A stretch of 63,531 bases of DNA, the filler included, from Bigelowiella natans CCMP2755 (lineage: Eukaryota > Protista > Cercozoa): the NCBI GenBank assembly GCA_000320545.1. It is 4 parts of 4 records of this genome, joined end to end, with 100 filler letters (N's around TTAATTAATTAA, not from the genome) between each part and the next. Parts side by side here need not be neighbours in the genome. Positions count along the whole stretch, not along the records: positions 57,994 to 63,531 come from ADNK01000117.1; 3 more parts are not named here. One strand, given 5' to 3'. A program made the translations under genes and the position numbers. Of the stretch, positions 62,376 to 63,531 are shown in pieces. The notes under the pieces are model-generated. The model ran no database searches, had not been told where the DNA came from, and saw nothing but the letters and a program-made list of their open reading frames with translations. Each line of letters opens with the position of its first letter. Position 1 is the first letter of the stretch.

Positions 62376-63300
62376 TACTGCGTGTAGTACCACGACTACC
62401 ACTGTTGCTGCGGCTACACTGCTACCTCTACTTTTTAATGATGAACCTACCGCTGCCAGGCCCGCCAACCGGCCATTCATGGCGTGGAAGATGAAGCGGT
62501 TAGATACCAGCCTTGGATCTCCTGGTAGATGATGATACAACGGCGATGAGTGCGACTGCTACGGCGAAATCGCAAGTGTAGGTTGGCTTCAGGCTTGAGC
62601 AAGCAACTGCATTCGTTCTCGCCTACTACTCTCTTACTCCACACTCGCAAATGTACTGCTGCACTAAGAGGAGGCAATGCATGTGAAGAGGACTACGAGC
62701 TATTACCTATGAAAACGTCTGCCATTGACATCGAAAGGAGATCGATGAGAATCCCGACAATTCCGAACTAAATTATCATCGTTCGTTGGAAAAACAGCAG
62801 CAAGAAAAGTGCCAAATCAGCGCTCGCTCATGATGCTAACACCGGGAGATAGATTATCAATAATTTCGTACATGCCAGTCTCCTTTCCACCCCGCAAATT
62901 GAGGAGGCATAACCTATTGTGATGTTAAAAAAACAAAACAGTTAAAACACAGCGCAGGATCCCTCATGGACGCCTCATTTGAAGTTCATCATCCTATGCA
63001 GGGAAATCGTAAATAGTAGAAGACTTTCCACACATGAAGAACCGACGCACGACAAATATCAAAACCATAATATCTGCCCCCTCCCCCCCCCCCCTCTCTC
63101 TCTATGTTTCACAAAGTGATGGCGATGGTGTCTCTATAGTCATGATTCGACCAATTTGACGTTGATTTCGTTGAGCGATTTTTCCCAGATATCCGCGTGA
63201 TGACGCTCTAATCGGCCTCCCACGTAAGCCGCACCTGCGCCAACATTCTTGCAGGTTTCCAGCAAAACTTCCAACATTACTTCGGGGGGGGGAGGGGGGG
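61970..63300 (-). CDS. 3' part of an unidentified multi-exon gene
   Basis: Terminal exon ...LNNLASLSQPEPLALKITCGGLDPLIIP...AVKAFNDWCELNR*; upstream VHLRVWSKRVVGENE and EIQGWYL segments. Confidence 0.4.
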
Positions 63301-63531
63301 GGGGCCTTTTTTAAGACCCCCCCTCTAAGGGATGGGGAGGTTTTGGGCATCCATCCTAAATGAACCCCCGGGAAAAAAGGATGTGTGCCTGGCACCCATA
63401 CCCTAAAAGAAGGTGTTGAGTTTTCCTCCCTCCTGAAAGTACGGAATAAAAATAGAACTAGCAGAGGAGAACTAAAACTTTGCCTACGTTCGGTGTTGAT
63501 ATTTGAACCTGAAGGGATGTGGAATATACCA

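Noticed and set aside
2074-62494. Many ORFs with poly-T/S/L/H or ER, CV, SL, YI runs
   Set aside because: They are translations of (TAC)n, (CAT)n, (GA)n, (GT)n and (TA)n microsatellites, mostly intronic.
1-63531. tRNA, rRNA or CRISPR loci
   Set aside because: None recognised by eye. A covariance-model scan would be needed to exclude small ncRNAs.

Overview
Intron-rich, microsatellite-rich nuclear DNA of a unicellular eukaryote. A chlorarachniophyte/Rhizaria-like protist is a guess, based on the Dam1-like gene, the 7TM-RGS gene and an AT-rich virus-like insert. The window is four contigs joined by artificial N44-TTAATTAATTAA-N44 linkers (31350-31449, 49823-49922, 57894-57993), so adjacency across them means nothing. 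Recognisable genes: VPS9-domain GEF, FHA protein, FAM98, a Dam1-like protein, Y14/RBM8, the 3' part of IleRS, a CHAT-protease/STAND-NTPase protein, GH30 glucosylceramidase, a SAM+TM protein, 7TM-RGS, a CEP95-like protein and a Cdc123-like ATP-grasp with a CaaX box. There is also a 2OG-Fe(II) oxygenase pseudogene whose middle is inverted in place, and a frameshifted AT-rich SF1 helicase relic. Genes alternate almost perfectly head-to-head and tail-to-tail, and decayed repeats fill the tail-to-tail gaps. The most striking signal is in these repeats: copy-to-copy differences fall mostly on TpA dinucleotides (TA to CA/TG, plus transversions), some tracts of several hundred bp are almost TpA-free while CpG is kept, and surviving TAs are mostly in C/G-TA-C/G context. 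This points to a TpA-targeted, repeat-associated hypermutation process, opposite in direction to fungal RIP. All exon structures and counts were read by eye and are approximate.
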